Under the pieces are notes generated by a model, which saw only the letters and a program-made list of their open reading frames with translations, was not told the DNA's origin and ran no database searches. The position numbers were made by a program, and so were the translations under genes. Positions 52,283-62,155 of a stretch of DNA of 64,000 nucleotides are shown piece by piece. This DNA comes from Candidatus Rokuibacteriota bacterium (lineage in GTDB: Bacteria; Methylomirabilota; Methylomirabilia; Rokubacteriales; CSP1-6). The first letter of the stretch is position 1, and each line of letters starts with the position of its first letter. The stretch is taken from the NCBI GenBank assembly GCA_003221615.1, contig QHSQ01000108.1, positions 9,678-73,677 on the forward strand, written 5' to 3'.

Positions 52283-53644
52283 ATGGATCGAACGACCGAG
52301 ACGCTGGCTCGCTACGTCACCTCGCTCCGTTACGAGGATCTCAGCCCGCGCACGGTTCAGGAAGCCAAGCGGCACGTGATCGACTCGCTCGGCTGCGCCA
52401 TGGGCGGCGCGGCGAGCGAGCCGGCCGTCATCGCCCGGCGGGTCGCGCCGGCCTCGAGCGGCGCGTCGTCGGCTCGGCTCCTCGGTGACGGGCGCGCGAC
52501 CACCCCGGAGGCCGCGGCCTTCGCCGGCTCGGTCATGATCCGGTTTCTCGACGCCAACGACACGTACATCACGCGGGGCTCCGGCCATCCGAGCGACATG
52601 CTCGGCGCCATCCTGGCCGCGGCGGAGATGCAGGGAGCGTCGGGAAGAGATTTCCTGCTCGCGACGGTCGCCGGCTACGAGGTCTTCGGCGCCCTGGCCG
52701 ATCACGTCGCGCTCCGTGATCGCGGCTGGGACCAGGGCGTGTTCGTGGCGCCGGCCTCGGCGGCCGGCGCGGGGCTTCTCCTCGGCCTGTCGGTGCCGGA
52801 GATGGCCGACGCGATCGCGATCGCGGTCTCCGCGAACGTGGCGACCCGTCAGACGCGGGCCGGCGAGCTTGCGATGTGGAAGGGCTGCGCCACCGCGGCG
52901 GCCGCGAAGGCCGGGCTCTTCGCGGCGCAGCTGGCCAAGGCCGGGATGACCGGGCCGACGGCCGCGTTCGAGGGACGCCACGGTCTTTGCGAGCAAGTGA
53001 CGGGGCCCTTCGAGCTCGGCGACCTCGGCGGCGCCGGCCGGCCCTTCGCGATCGAGCGCACGAACTTCAAGTTCTTCGCGGCCGAGTATCACGCCCAGGC
53101 GCCGCTCGCGATCGCGCTCGGCCTGCGCGACCGGGTGCGGGCGGAGGAGATCGAGGCCCTCGAGGTGCAAATCTACGCGATGGCCCACAGCGAGATCGGC
53201 AGCGAGCCGGCCAAGTGGGATCCGCGCACGCGCGAAACCGCCGATCACAGTCTTCCCTACATGCTCGCCGTGGCGCTCGTGGACGGCCGGCTCACCCCGG
53301 CCAGCTTCGAGCCGAAGCGCTATCTCGATCCGAGCCTGCGGCCGCTCATGAACCGCATCCGCGTCGTCGAGGACGCGGAGCTCACGCGACGCTTTCCTCA
53401 AGAGCTGGCGTCGCGGATCGAGGTGATCACGCGCTCCGGCCAGCGATTCACCGAGCGAGCCGACTACCCGAAGGGCCACGCCAGGAATCCGATGACCGAC
53501 GCCGACGTCGAGAGGAAGTTCCGCGATCTCTCGGCGGCCGCCCTCGGGCGAGCGCAGTCGGCCGGCGTGCTCGAGGCGCTCTGGCGTCTGGACGAGGTGC
53601 TGAAGATGGCCGCGGTCGTGGATCTGCTCATACCGAAACGTTGA
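52283..53644 (+). CDS. MmgE/PrpD family protein (2-methylcitrate dehydratase-like)
   Basis: Sequence ...LARYVTSLRYEDLSPRTVQEAKRHVIDSLGCAMGG..., ...DANDTYI...GHPSD... is typical of MmgE/PrpD. Confidence 0.9.
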   Translation: MDRTTETLARYVTSLRYEDLSPRTVQEAKRHVIDSLGCAMGGAASEPAVIARRVAPASSGASSARLLGDGRATTPEAAAFAGSVMIRFLDANDTYITRGSGHPSDMLGAILAAAEMQGASGRDFLLATVAGYEVFGALADHVALRDRGWDQGVFVAPASAAGAGLLLGLSVPEMADAIAIAVSANVATRQTRAGELAMWKGCATAAAAKAGLFAAQLAKAGMTGPTAAFEGRHGLCEQVTGPFELGDLGGAGRPFAIERTNFKFFAAEYHAQAPLAIALGLRDRVRAEEIEALEVQIYAMAHSEIGSEPAKWDPRTRETADHSLPYMLAVALVDGRLTPASFEPKRYLDPSLRPLMNRIRVVEDAELTRRFPQELASRIEVITRSGQRFTERADYPKGHARNPMTDADVERKFRDLSAAALGRAQSAGVLEALWRLDEVLKMAAVVDLLIPKR

Positions 53645-53656
53645 AGAGGTGACGCG

Positions 53657-54475
53657 ATGGACTTCGGACTGACAGGCAAGCGCGCGCTCGTGACGGGCGG
53701 GAGTCTCGGCATCGGCAAAGCCATCGCGCTCGAGCTGGCCCGCGAGGGCGTCGACGTCGCGATCGTGGCGCGCACGAAGGACCGGCTGGAGGCCGCCGCG
53801 CGCGAGCTGGAAGGCCAGACGGGTCGCCGGGTTCTTCCGCTCGTCGCCGACGTGACCAGCAGAGAGCAAGTCGACCGCGCGGTCGCCCAGGCCGCCGACC
53901 GACTGGGCGGCTTGCACATCCTGGTCAACAGCGGCTCGCCGCCCGGGGGCTCCGCCACCGCGACCGGTCCGATCGAGACGATCGTCGACGAGGACCTGCT
54001 GCAGGACTTCAACGTGAAGTACGTCGGCGCGCTGCGATGCGCCCGCGCCGCGATTCCCTACCTCAAGCAGCAGGGCTGGGGGCGGATCATCAACATCAGC
54101 GGCACCAACGCCCGCAACGCCGGAAACCTGAGCGGCGGCGCGCGCAACGGCTCGCTGGTGCACTTCACCAAGACCCTCGCCGTGCAGCTCGGCCGGTTCG
54201 GGATCACGGTCAACTGCATCCATCCGGGCACGACGCGTACCGAGCGCACCCCACGGCTTCTGGGCGCGCGCGCGGCCGAGCTCGGCATCTCGGTCGACGA
54301 CGTCGAGAAGCGCGATTTCGCCCACGACTCGCCGCGCGGCAACGCCATCGGGCGCATGGTGGACGCCTCGGAGATCGCCTATCTCGCGGTCTTCCTGGCG
54401 TCGGACAAGGCCTGGGCGGTCACCGGCGAGCTGGTCGTGGCGACCGGCGGGGCCGGACGCGCGGTGTACTACTAG
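53657..54475 (+). CDS. SDR family oxidoreductase
   Basis: Cofactor-binding motif ALVTGGSLGIGKAIA. NSG motif (ILVNSGS). Short-chain dehydrogenase length and pattern. Confidence 0.9.
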   Translation: MDFGLTGKRALVTGGSLGIGKAIALELAREGVDVAIVARTKDRLEAAARELEGQTGRRVLPLVADVTSREQVDRAVAQAADRLGGLHILVNSGSPPGGSATATGPIETIVDEDLLQDFNVKYVGALRCARAAIPYLKQQGWGRIINISGTNARNAGNLSGGARNGSLVHFTKTLAVQLGRFGITVNCIHPGTTRTERTPRLLGARAAELGISVDDVEKRDFAHDSPRGNAIGRMVDASEIAYLAVFLASDKAWAVTGELVVATGGAGRAVYY

Positions 54476-54499
54476 CCGAATTCATCGAGAGGAGCGGCG

Positions 54500-55402
54500 A
54501 TGGCCGACTGGAAGCCACCCACGCAGGATCGCGTCGAGGGGTATTTCAAGGAGCTCAACAACTGGGGGCGCTGGGGACACGACGATCAGCGCGGCACCGC
54601 GAACCTCATCACCGCCGTCAAGCGCGCCCAGGCCTCGTCCCTGGTGCGGACCGGCCGCACGGTTTCGCTGGCGCGCGACATCGGGCCCCAGCCGGCGATC
54701 ATGTACAACGTGACGTTCCCGTCGAGCCGTGAGCGTGCCGACGTCGTGCTCGATCGCTTCGACCTCGTCTACCACGGGTTCTCGATCACCCACATTGACG
54801 CGCTCTGCCACGTGGCCTGGGACGGCGAGCTCTACAACGGCCGCGCGTTCAAGGACAGCCTGACCGCGGCCGGGGCCACCTGGTGCGCGATCGACGCGTA
54901 CTTCGACGGCCTGACGACCCGAGGCGTGCTCCTCGACGTCGCCGCCGGCCGCAAGGAGGGCTACGTGACCGTCGGCCAGCCGGTCACGCCCAAGGAGCTC
55001 GACGCCGTGGCCGCACGGGCGGGCGTGACGGTCGAGCCGGGCGACGTCGTCGTCGTGCGCAACGGCGACGAGGCCTTTCGGAAGGCGAATCCCGACTGGG
55101 TGCCCCGGGTGTCCCCGCATCCGGGGATGCATCTGTCGTGTCTGGAGTGGTTTCGCGAGAAGGACATCGCCGCGATCTCGTGGGACATGATGGACGAGCG
55201 GCCGACCAGCTATCCGGGCTTCGCGATGAGCACGCACCTGGCCATTCCGTTCCTGGGCCTGGTGCTCGTGGACAACTCGAATCCCGAGCGGCTCGCGCGC
55301 GCGTGCGCCGAGGAGGGACGCTACGAGTTCCTCTTCACCGCGACGCCGATCCGGCTGGTCGGCTCGACGGGCGCGCCGGCGCATCCGCTCGCCATTTTCT
55401 GA
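54500..55402 (+). CDS. Cyclase family protein (kynurenine formamidase-like fold)
   Basis: Sequence ...NNWGRWGHDDQRGTANLIT..., ...HGFSITHIDALCHV... (HxGTHxDxPxH-like metal motif region) is typical of the putative cyclase family. Confidence 0.85.
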   Translation: MADWKPPTQDRVEGYFKELNNWGRWGHDDQRGTANLITAVKRAQASSLVRTGRTVSLARDIGPQPAIMYNVTFPSSRERADVVLDRFDLVYHGFSITHIDALCHVAWDGELYNGRAFKDSLTAAGATWCAIDAYFDGLTTRGVLLDVAAGRKEGYVTVGQPVTPKELDAVAARAGVTVEPGDVVVVRNGDEAFRKANPDWVPRVSPHPGMHLSCLEWFREKDIAAISWDMMDERPTSYPGFAMSTHLAIPFLGLVLVDNSNPERLARACAEEGRYEFLFTATPIRLVGSTGAPAHPLAIF

Positions 55403-55429
55403 GATCGCGAGCCACGACGGAGGAAGGGG

Positions 55430-57154
55430 TCAGGCCGGGCGCGCGCCGGGCCCGCGCAGCACGACACCCGGCGTGCGGCCCGTGGTCTCGCCGTTCTCCA
55501 GGGTGACCTGACCGTTGACGACGGTGGCGGCGATGCCCTCCGCCTTCTGCACGAGGCGGCGGGCGCCGCCGGGCAGATCGGTCTCCACCGTCGGCATCGC
55601 CGGCCGCACGCGCTTGTCGTCGAACACCACCAGGTCCGCCCGGTAGCCCGCGCGCACGAGCCCGCGGTCGTTGATCTCCCACGCCGAGGCGTTGTCGAAC
55701 GTGAGCTTCCGTACCGCCTCTTCGAGGCTGAACACCTGCCTCGCGCGCACCCAGTAGCTCAGCAGGTGAGTCTGGAGGGACGAGCCCATCTCCTGACAGA
55801 CGTGCGCGCCGGAATCCGAGAACGTGGCGAGCGTGCGCGGGTGCCGCAGCATACCCAGGACGTGCTCCGGGTCCTCGTTGACGAGGGGCTGCACGAACAC
55901 CTGGTCGTCGTTCTCGAGCACCAGATCGATCATGACCTCGACCGGGTGGCGGCGCAGCTCGGCCGACAGCTGGGCGACCGTCGGATCGTTCCAGTCGACG
56001 CCCTTCATCACGTAGAGGTTTGCGTAGTCGGGCTTGCGCGGGTCGGTCGTGGCGGCGCCGCCGCCCTGGAACACGTTGTCGCGCGGCTTCATGCCGGCCT
56101 CTTCGGCGACCAGCTGTCGCCGCGTGGCCGGATCGGCCAGACGCTGCTTCTGCTCGCCGAGCGGCAAGCGGCGGAGCTGTCGCCACGCCGGCAGCACGTC
56201 GAACGGCAGATAGGACTTGAGCGAGAAGATGGCGTTGATCGAGCGTGTCGTGGTCTGTCCCCACATCCGCGCCCCCGCGGCCGCGCAGTCGTCCAGATAC
56301 TCGAGCTGATACGTCCACGGATTCGGCCGGTCGCCCTGGCGGCTCGAGATCGTGCCGAACATGACCGGCCGCCCGGTCTCCACCGCCACCTGCTTGAGCC
56401 GCGCGAGAAATTTCCGCTGCGCCTCGCCGCCCGACGTATCCGGACCCACCTGGAAGACACCGGCGTTCAGCTCGGCCATGGCGCCGACCAGGCGATCGAC
56501 CTCCGACCAGGCGGCGATCCGGCTCGCCACCGGGGTAGCGTCCGGCGTGACGTGCGTCGTCGCGCGCGAGCTCGAGAATCCCATGGCGCCGACGCGGATC
56601 GCTTCCTGCACGGCCGCGGCCATCCGCGTGAGGTCGTCTTCCGTCGCGGGCTCGCTCAACGCGCGCTTGCCCATGACGTACATGCGCAAGGCCGAGTGGC
56701 CGATGTACGCGCCGTAGTTGATCGCCTTCGGCAGGCGGTCGACGGTCGCGAGATACTCCGGGAAGGTCTCCCACGTCCAGTCGATCCCCGCCATCATCGC
56801 CTCGGTCGGGATGTCCTCGACCGCGGTCAGGCAGCGCGCGAACCATTCGCGCTCCCTGGGCCTGCACGGCGCCAGCGCGAAGCCACAGTTGCCCATGATC
56901 ACGGTGGTGACGCCGTGCCAGCAGGAGCAGCTCCCCATCCGGTCCCACGCCACCTGCGCGTCCATGTGGGTGTGACCGTCGATGAAGCCCGGCGCGACGA
57001 TCAGCCCCTCGGCGTCGATGGTACGCTCGGCCGCCGCCCGGATACGCCCGATCTCGACGATCGAGCCGTTCTTGACTCCGACGTCGCCGCGGAAGCGCGC
57101 GGCGCCCGAGCCGTCGACGACGGTGCCGTTGCGAATCAGGAGATCGAGACCCAT
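55430..57154 (-). CDS. N-acyl-D-amino-acid deacylase (D-aminoacylase) family amidohydrolase
   Basis: Sequence MGLDLLIRNGTVVDGSG...GFIDGHTHMD... plus the C-terminal ...EGIAATVVNGQVTLENG... is typical of D-aminoacylases. Confidence 0.9.
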   Translation of the reverse strand: MGLDLLIRNGTVVDGSGAARFRGDVGVKNGSIVEIGRIRAAAERTIDAEGLIVAPGFIDGHTHMDAQVAWDRMGSCSCWHGVTTVIMGNCGFALAPCRPREREWFARCLTAVEDIPTEAMMAGIDWTWETFPEYLATVDRLPKAINYGAYIGHSALRMYVMGKRALSEPATEDDLTRMAAAVQEAIRVGAMGFSSSRATTHVTPDATPVASRIAAWSEVDRLVGAMAELNAGVFQVGPDTSGGEAQRKFLARLKQVAVETGRPVMFGTISSRQGDRPNPWTYQLEYLDDCAAAGARMWGQTTTRSINAIFSLKSYLPFDVLPAWRQLRRLPLGEQKQRLADPATRRQLVAEEAGMKPRDNVFQGGGAATTDPRKPDYANLYVMKGVDWNDPTVAQLSAELRRHPVEVMIDLVLENDDQVFVQPLVNEDPEHVLGMLRHPRTLATFSDSGAHVCQEMGSSLQTHLLSYWVRARQVFSLEEAVRKLTFDNASAWEINDRGLVRAGYRADLVVFDDKRVRPAMPTVETDLPGGARRLVQKAEGIAATVVNGQVTLENGETTGRTPGVVLRGPGARPA

Positions 57155-57191
57155 GAGCGTTGTCTCCTTCAGTCGGTGCCGTTGCGCAAGG

Positions 57192-58007
57192 CTACACCGT
57201 CGCGTCGTCGCGCTCGCGCGCGGCGTCGCGTGATACGCCGTACAGGATCATGAGGATCGGCAGCAAGTACATGTGCGCGCCGCTCCACATGAGCCCGCCG
57301 CCGAGCATCTGATCGTCGACGGCGCTGATGCCGAGAGTCGTCGCGATCCGCGTGTAGTGAGGATAGAACGCGCGCTCCGGCACCGCCAGCAACATGCCGA
57401 GCGCGGTGCTCTGCGCGGTCGCGGCGACCAGATACGCGATCTGCAGCCCGGGGTGCAGCCGCGGACCGAGCCGCGGGGCCGGGCGGATGATCGGCCACCA
57501 GAACAGCAACGCCGTCACGAAGAAGATGACGTGCTCGACGGCGTGCAGGAGCTCGTGCTCGGCCGCGGCGTCGTACAGCACCGGGAGATGCCAGACCCAC
57601 ACGGACGCCACGTGGAGAAAGCCTGCCGCGGGCCAGAACGTCAGCGCCGACAGCGCGGAGCGCGGCAGGGCATCTCGCCGCAGGGGCATCGCGAGGCGGT
57701 GCCGGAGGCCCGGCGGCACACCCCAGAGGACGAGCGACAGTGGATTGCCGAGCAGCAGGAGCGGCGCGGCCATCATCGTCAGCAGCAGGTGCTGAGCCAT
57801 GTGGGCCGAAAACCGGGAGACCGCGAGGTCATCGAGCGGCGACAGCAGCGCGCCCGCGACGGTCAGGAGCCCGAGAGCGTACGCCGCCGTCCGCCAGACG
57901 GGCGGCGCGTGTCCGACAGCGTTGAGCCGACGCCACCCTCGCGTGTAGGCGGTAGCCAGAACGGCCAGGACGAGCAGGAGCAGGGTCTTGAGCGCTGCCT
58001 CGACCAT
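57192..58007 (-). CDS. Cytochrome c oxidase assembly protein (caa3-type CtaG family membrane protein)
   Basis: Polytopic membrane protein with ...FSAHMAQHLLLTMMAAPLLLLG... and ...LHAVEHVIFFVTALLFWWPI..., matching the Caa3_CtaG pattern. Confidence 0.8.
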   Translation of the reverse strand: MVEAALKTLLLLVLAVLATAYTRGWRRLNAVGHAPPVWRTAAYALGLLTVAGALLSPLDDLAVSRFSAHMAQHLLLTMMAAPLLLLGNPLSLVLWGVPPGLRHRLAMPLRRDALPRSALSALTFWPAAGFLHVASVWVWHLPVLYDAAAEHELLHAVEHVIFFVTALLFWWPIIRPAPRLGPRLHPGLQIAYLVAATAQSTALGMLLAVPERAFYPHYTRIATTLGISAVDDQMLGGGLMWSGAHMYLLPILMILYGVSRDAARERDDATV

Positions 58008-58050
58008 CTACCGGTTCACCTGAACGAGCAGTGTCGGCGGGCCACGAGGC

Positions 58051-58115
58051 GGTGTCAATTCCGCGGCTCCGTCGTGGGCGAATTTGACACCACGCTCCCG
58101 ACGGCTTAATTTGAC
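58051..58115. promoter_or_regulatory. Inverted repeat GGTGTCAATTC-N18-GAATTTGACACC plus a third AATTTGAC copy upstream of the AOR gene
   Basis: Arms at 58051-58061 and 58080-58091. AATTTGAC repeats at 58081-58088 and 58108-58115. The site lies in the 143-bp region between divergent ctaG-like and AOR genes. Confidence 0.25.
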
Positions 58116-58150
58116 GCAGCAGGCCACAACGCGAATTTCAGGAGCGTGTC

Positions 58151-59881
58151 ATGCGTACCTACTACGACATCGATCTGACAGGCCGAGGGATCACGAAGCG
58201 CGAGCTGCACGGCGAGGAGATCGTCCGGGCCGGTCGGTACTGGATCGCCCGGACGCTCCTCGACCTCGGCGCGGCCACCGTCGATCCGCTGTCGCCTGCC
58301 AACCCGCTCATCTTCTCGGCCGGTCCGTTCGCCGGCACCAGCTTCTCCAACGCCAATCGCACGAGCGTCGGGTGCAAGAGCCCGCTCACGGGCGGCATCA
58401 AGGAGGCCAACGGCGGCGGCAGCTTCAGCTACGGACTGGGGCAGCTCAAGGTCGCGGGCTTCACCTTGCACGGCGCCTCGGCCGAGTGGGTCGTCATCCA
58501 TTTCAAGAAGGACGGCACCATCGAGTTCGACGACGCCGCGCCGTACCTGGGCAAGGGCAACTTCGAGGCCCAGGAGATGCTGCACAAGAAGTACGGGCGG
58601 AAAGTCACGATCGCGCTCTGTGGCCCCGTCGGCGAGTATCAGGGTCTCCTGGCGGGCATCGCGTTCAGCGACAAGGACGGCAGACCTGCGCGGTTGTCGG
58701 CGCGCGGCGGCGTGGGCGCGGTGATGGGATCCAAGAGAGTGAAGGCCGTCGTGGTGGACCTGGACAAGATCCCCCCCTTCACCGACGCCAAGAAGGTCAA
58801 CGTCGCGATCAAGGACTACGCGAAGATGCTCCTGGCGGATTCCATGGTCACGAACTTCTACCAGAAGATCGGCACCATGGGCATGGCCGACCTCCAGAAC
58901 GCGCTGGGCGGCCTGCCGGTGCGCAACTTCAGCGCCGGCCAGCAGGTGGACGTCGCCGGCGGCGGAAAATTCAAGATGGGCGGCGACCACATCAGCCAGC
59001 TCAACGTCTCGCGAGGCGGCGAGCACACGCACGCCTGCATGCCGGGCTGCGTGATCCAGTGCAGCAACGTCTACGTCGATGCGAGCGGCAAGGAAGTCGT
59101 CTCGCCGGTGGAGTACGAGACGCTCGGGTTACTCGGCACGAACTGCGGCCTGAGTGATCCCGACGACCTCGCGCAGATGAATTTCCTCGCGAACGACCTG
59201 GGCGTCGACACCATCGAGCTCGGCGCCACCCTGGCCGTCCTGATGGAGGCCGGACTCGGCGTGTTCGGCGACGTGAAGTTCATGGCCGACTGCATGGCCG
59301 AGATGCGCCGGGGCACCGAGCAGGGCCGACTCTGGGCGGAAGGAACCGCGCGGGTCGGCGCCCACTACAACGTGCGCCGGGTTCCCGTCATCAAGAAGCA
59401 GGCGATCAGCGCTTACGATCCACGCGTGGTCGAGGCCACCGGCGTCACCATGATGGCGACCGCGCAGGGCGCCGACCACACCGCGGGCAATCTCCCGCGG
59501 CTCAAGACGCGCGAGATGAACGCCGAGCAGATCGTCGAGCAGAGCCTCGCCCACCAGGCGCGGGTGGCGGCCAACGACTCGCTCGGGCTCTGCATCTTCG
59601 GTATGAGCGTGACCAATCCGAACACCGAGTTCCTCGTCAACGCCATCAACGCCGCGCATGGCACGAGCCTGACCAAGGACTTCTTCGAGCCGCTGGGCCG
59701 TGACGCGCTCCGGCTCGAGTACGAGTTCAACCGCCGCGCCGGATTCACCGAGAAGGACGACGAGCTCCCGGAGTTCTTCTACACGGAGCCGCTGCCGCCG
59801 ACCAATCACGTCGCGCGCTTCCACGGCTCCGACGTGCACGAGATGTACGAACGGTTGCCCGCGCCGACGGCGCACCCCTGA
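58151..59881 (+). CDS. Aldehyde:ferredoxin oxidoreductase (tungsten/molybdopterin AOR family)
   Basis: Sequence ...NRTSVGCKSPLTGGIKEANGGGSF... and ...HACMPGCVIQCSN... (4Fe-4S Cys ligands). Length and pattern are typical of the AOR family. Confidence 0.9.
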   Translation: MRTYYDIDLTGRGITKRELHGEEIVRAGRYWIARTLLDLGAATVDPLSPANPLIFSAGPFAGTSFSNANRTSVGCKSPLTGGIKEANGGGSFSYGLGQLKVAGFTLHGASAEWVVIHFKKDGTIEFDDAAPYLGKGNFEAQEMLHKKYGRKVTIALCGPVGEYQGLLAGIAFSDKDGRPARLSARGGVGAVMGSKRVKAVVVDLDKIPPFTDAKKVNVAIKDYAKMLLADSMVTNFYQKIGTMGMADLQNALGGLPVRNFSAGQQVDVAGGGKFKMGGDHISQLNVSRGGEHTHACMPGCVIQCSNVYVDASGKEVVSPVEYETLGLLGTNCGLSDPDDLAQMNFLANDLGVDTIELGATLAVLMEAGLGVFGDVKFMADCMAEMRRGTEQGRLWAEGTARVGAHYNVRRVPVIKKQAISAYDPRVVEATGVTMMATAQGADHTAGNLPRLKTREMNAEQIVEQSLAHQARVAANDSLGLCIFGMSVTNPNTEFLVNAINAAHGTSLTKDFFEPLGRDALRLEYEFNRRAGFTEKDDELPEFFYTEPLPPTNHVARFHGSDVHEMYERLPAPTAHP

Positions 59882-59898
59882 CCGAAGGGCCGGACGCG

Positions 59899-61422
59899 TC
59901 AGCTCGCGGGCGGCGTTTCGGGGGGCGCGAGCGGCAGGAGGACCGTGAACACGCTGCCCCGGCCCTTGATGCCGTCGCTCTCCACGCCGATCTGGCCGCC
60001 GTGAAGCTCGACGAGCTTGCGCGTCAGGGCGAGGCCGAGCCCGGTTCCCTCCTGCTCGCGGGCGGGCGAGGCATCGACCTGCTCGAACTTCTCGAAGATG
60101 CGGGCCTGGTCTTCCGCCTTGATGCCGATCCCGGTGTCCGCGACTCTGATCCGTAGCGAGCACGAGCCGCTGGGGCCGCCCGGGAAGACCGTATCGGCCG
60201 TCACGGTGACGTGCCCGCCCGGATCGGTGAACTTGATCCCGTTGCTCAGCAAGTTGTAGATCATCTGCTGCACGCGCAGCCGGTCGGCGGTGATCTCCGG
60301 GAGCGGCTCCTTCACCTCCACCGTCACCGTGATGCTCTTCTGCTGGGCGAGAGCCTGGACGACGCCCACGACTTCCGGGATGTCCTCGGCGACGGCCACG
60401 CGCGTGAGGTCGAGGGTCAGGTGGCCGGCGTCGACCTTCGCCAGGTCGAGCAGGTCGTCGACCAGCTTTCGGAGGTGGCGGCCGCCGACGAGGATCGACG
60501 TCAGATATTCGAGCTGGCGCTCGTTCACGTCTCCGTACGTCTTGTTGGCGAGCACCTGGGAGAAGCCGATGACGGCGTTGAGCGGCGTGCGAAGCTCGTG
60601 GCTCATCGAGGCGAGGAACTCGCTCTTGGCCCGACTGGCCTGCTCGGCCGCCACCTTGGCCTGGAGGAGCTGCCGCGATTGCTCGGTCAGCTGACGGATG
60701 TGGAGCTGGGCTTCGGCGTGCAGGCGGGCGTTCTCGAGCGCGACGAGCAGCGCCAGGCCGACGGCCGCGCCCAGCGCGATCAGCACCCCCGTCCACGTGC
60801 GGGCTTCGAGCCGCGCGGCCTCGGCCTGCGCGGCGAGGACTCGCGTATGGATCGCGGCCATCAAGCCGTCGAGACTTTCCTGGACTTCCTCGGCGAGCGT
60901 TCGCGCCTCGGCGTCGGTCAGGGCGAGCGCCCGCGCTTTCTCGCCGCGCCGAAGGAGCTCCTGCTCGGCGATGACGACGCCGCGATACCGCTCGAAGGCG
61001 GACCGCGCCGCGGCGAGCTGGATGGTCTCGCGCGCGCTCTGCGCGTAGCTGGCGAGCTGCTCGAGATCCTCCGCCACGCGCGCCGCCCGCTCGTTCCAGG
61101 CCTTCGCGTATCCGGGGTCACCCAGCACCAGCGCGCGCATCTCGAGGCGGACGAGCGGGGTGATCGCCTCCCGAGTCGAGGCGGCCAGTCGAATCGCCGG
61201 AATCGTGCGGGTCGCGATCTCTCGATTGACGGCCACCAGATTGCCGACCGCGTGGAAGCTCAGGTATCCGACGACGGTCAGCACCACGATGACGAGCAGC
61301 GAGATGACGAAGGGTTTCGCCGCCAGCCGCGTGCCGAACACCCTCGCTATCGTGCGCAAGGATCGACCCGGAGCGCCCGACGAGCCGCCGGCGAGGGACG
61401 GCGGGCCGCACCGATAGCGCAT
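59899..61422 (-). CDS. Sensor histidine kinase with helical (4HB/CHASE3-like) extracytoplasmic domain
   Basis: TM1 FVISLLVIVVLTVVGYLSF, a helical sensor of ~170 aa, then TM2 GVLIALGAAVGLALLVAL. H-box FLASMSHELRTPLNAV and HATPase boxes are present. The start at ATG 61422 is uncertain (the listed ORF begins at 61515). Confidence 0.8.
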   Translation of the reverse strand: MRYRCGPPSLAGGSSGAPGRSLRTIARVFGTRLAAKPFVISLLVIVVLTVVGYLSFHAVGNLVAVNREIATRTIPAIRLAASTREAITPLVRLEMRALVLGDPGYAKAWNERAARVAEDLEQLASYAQSARETIQLAAARSAFERYRGVVIAEQELLRRGEKARALALTDAEARTLAEEVQESLDGLMAAIHTRVLAAQAEAARLEARTWTGVLIALGAAVGLALLVALENARLHAEAQLHIRQLTEQSRQLLQAKVAAEQASRAKSEFLASMSHELRTPLNAVIGFSQVLANKTYGDVNERQLEYLTSILVGGRHLRKLVDDLLDLAKVDAGHLTLDLTRVAVAEDIPEVVGVVQALAQQKSITVTVEVKEPLPEITADRLRVQQMIYNLLSNGIKFTDPGGHVTVTADTVFPGGPSGSCSLRIRVADTGIGIKAEDQARIFEKFEQVDASPAREQEGTGLGLALTRKLVELHGGQIGVESDGIKGRGSVFTVLLPLAPPETPPAS

Positions 61423-61699
61423 GGAAGGCGGGAGACGAGCACCATGGTCAGGCTCGAAAGAGGCAAAACACAGACCATTTCCGGACAATACCGTCATCTC
61501 CAATTTGACGGGCACTTATTGCGCTGGATCGGGCGGCCGCCCGGCTCCAGTCGGTATCTTTCTGACCGATCTGTCGGCCAGGTATGGACCGACCGTGACC
61601 AGCCCTCCCGGTCAGGGAGTCTCCGGCGGGGCCTTTCACACGGGGGCCCGGCCGGGGTCTCAGAAGGCGTAATCACCACCTCGGGCCGGGAGGAAAGCG

Positions 61700-62155
61700 A
61701 TGAGCGACAAGAGCACGATGCTGCGGCAGGCTGAGGAAACGTTCGCCGAGCTTCGTCAGGCGGTCGAGGGCCTGACCGACGAGCAGATGCGCCGCGTGTG
61801 GCTCGGGAGCTGGGGCGTGCGCGAGATCCTGATTCACATCTGCGGCTGGCACGAGGCGATGATCCCGGCGCTCGGCAACATCGCCAGGGGCGAAGCGCCC
61901 TACCCGCCCGGGACGTATGATGACTTCGATGCGTGGAACGCGCGCTTCGTCGAGCGCAAGGCGGGCGTGAAGACCGCCGACGTCTTGACGGAGCTGGATC
62001 TCAGCCATCGGTATTTCGTCGGCGCCGCCGCGGCGCTCCCGGAGCCTCACTTCGCGCCGGGCGGCGCCGCCCGCGACGCGTTCGACGGCGCCGGTGCCGG
62101 ACACTACCGGGAGCACACCGCTCAGATTCGAGAGTGGAGGCAACGGACGTCGTGA
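61700..62155 (+). CDS. DinB/ClbS-like four-helix-bundle protein
   Basis: GGGAGGAAAG SD. Sequence ...FAELRQAVEGLTDEQM...REILIHICGWHE...HYREHTAQIREW fits the DinB/DUF1706-type His-containing helical bundle. The family assignment is tentative. Confidence 0.6.
   Translation: MSDKSTMLRQAEETFAELRQAVEGLTDEQMRRVWLGSWGVREILIHICGWHEAMIPALGNIARGEAPYPPGTYDDFDAWNARFVERKAGVKTADVLTELDLSHRYFVGAAAALPEPHFAPGGAARDAFDGAGAGHYREHTAQIREWRQRTS

Noticed and set aside
61423-61699. A 277-bp intergenic region with several small hairpins, considered as an sRNA or riboswitch candidate.
   Set aside because: No recognisable conserved RNA motif, promoter or terminator could be defined by eye. The upstream part may also belong to the kinase gene if its true start is at 61515. 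The question stays open pending an Rfam scan or RNA-seq.
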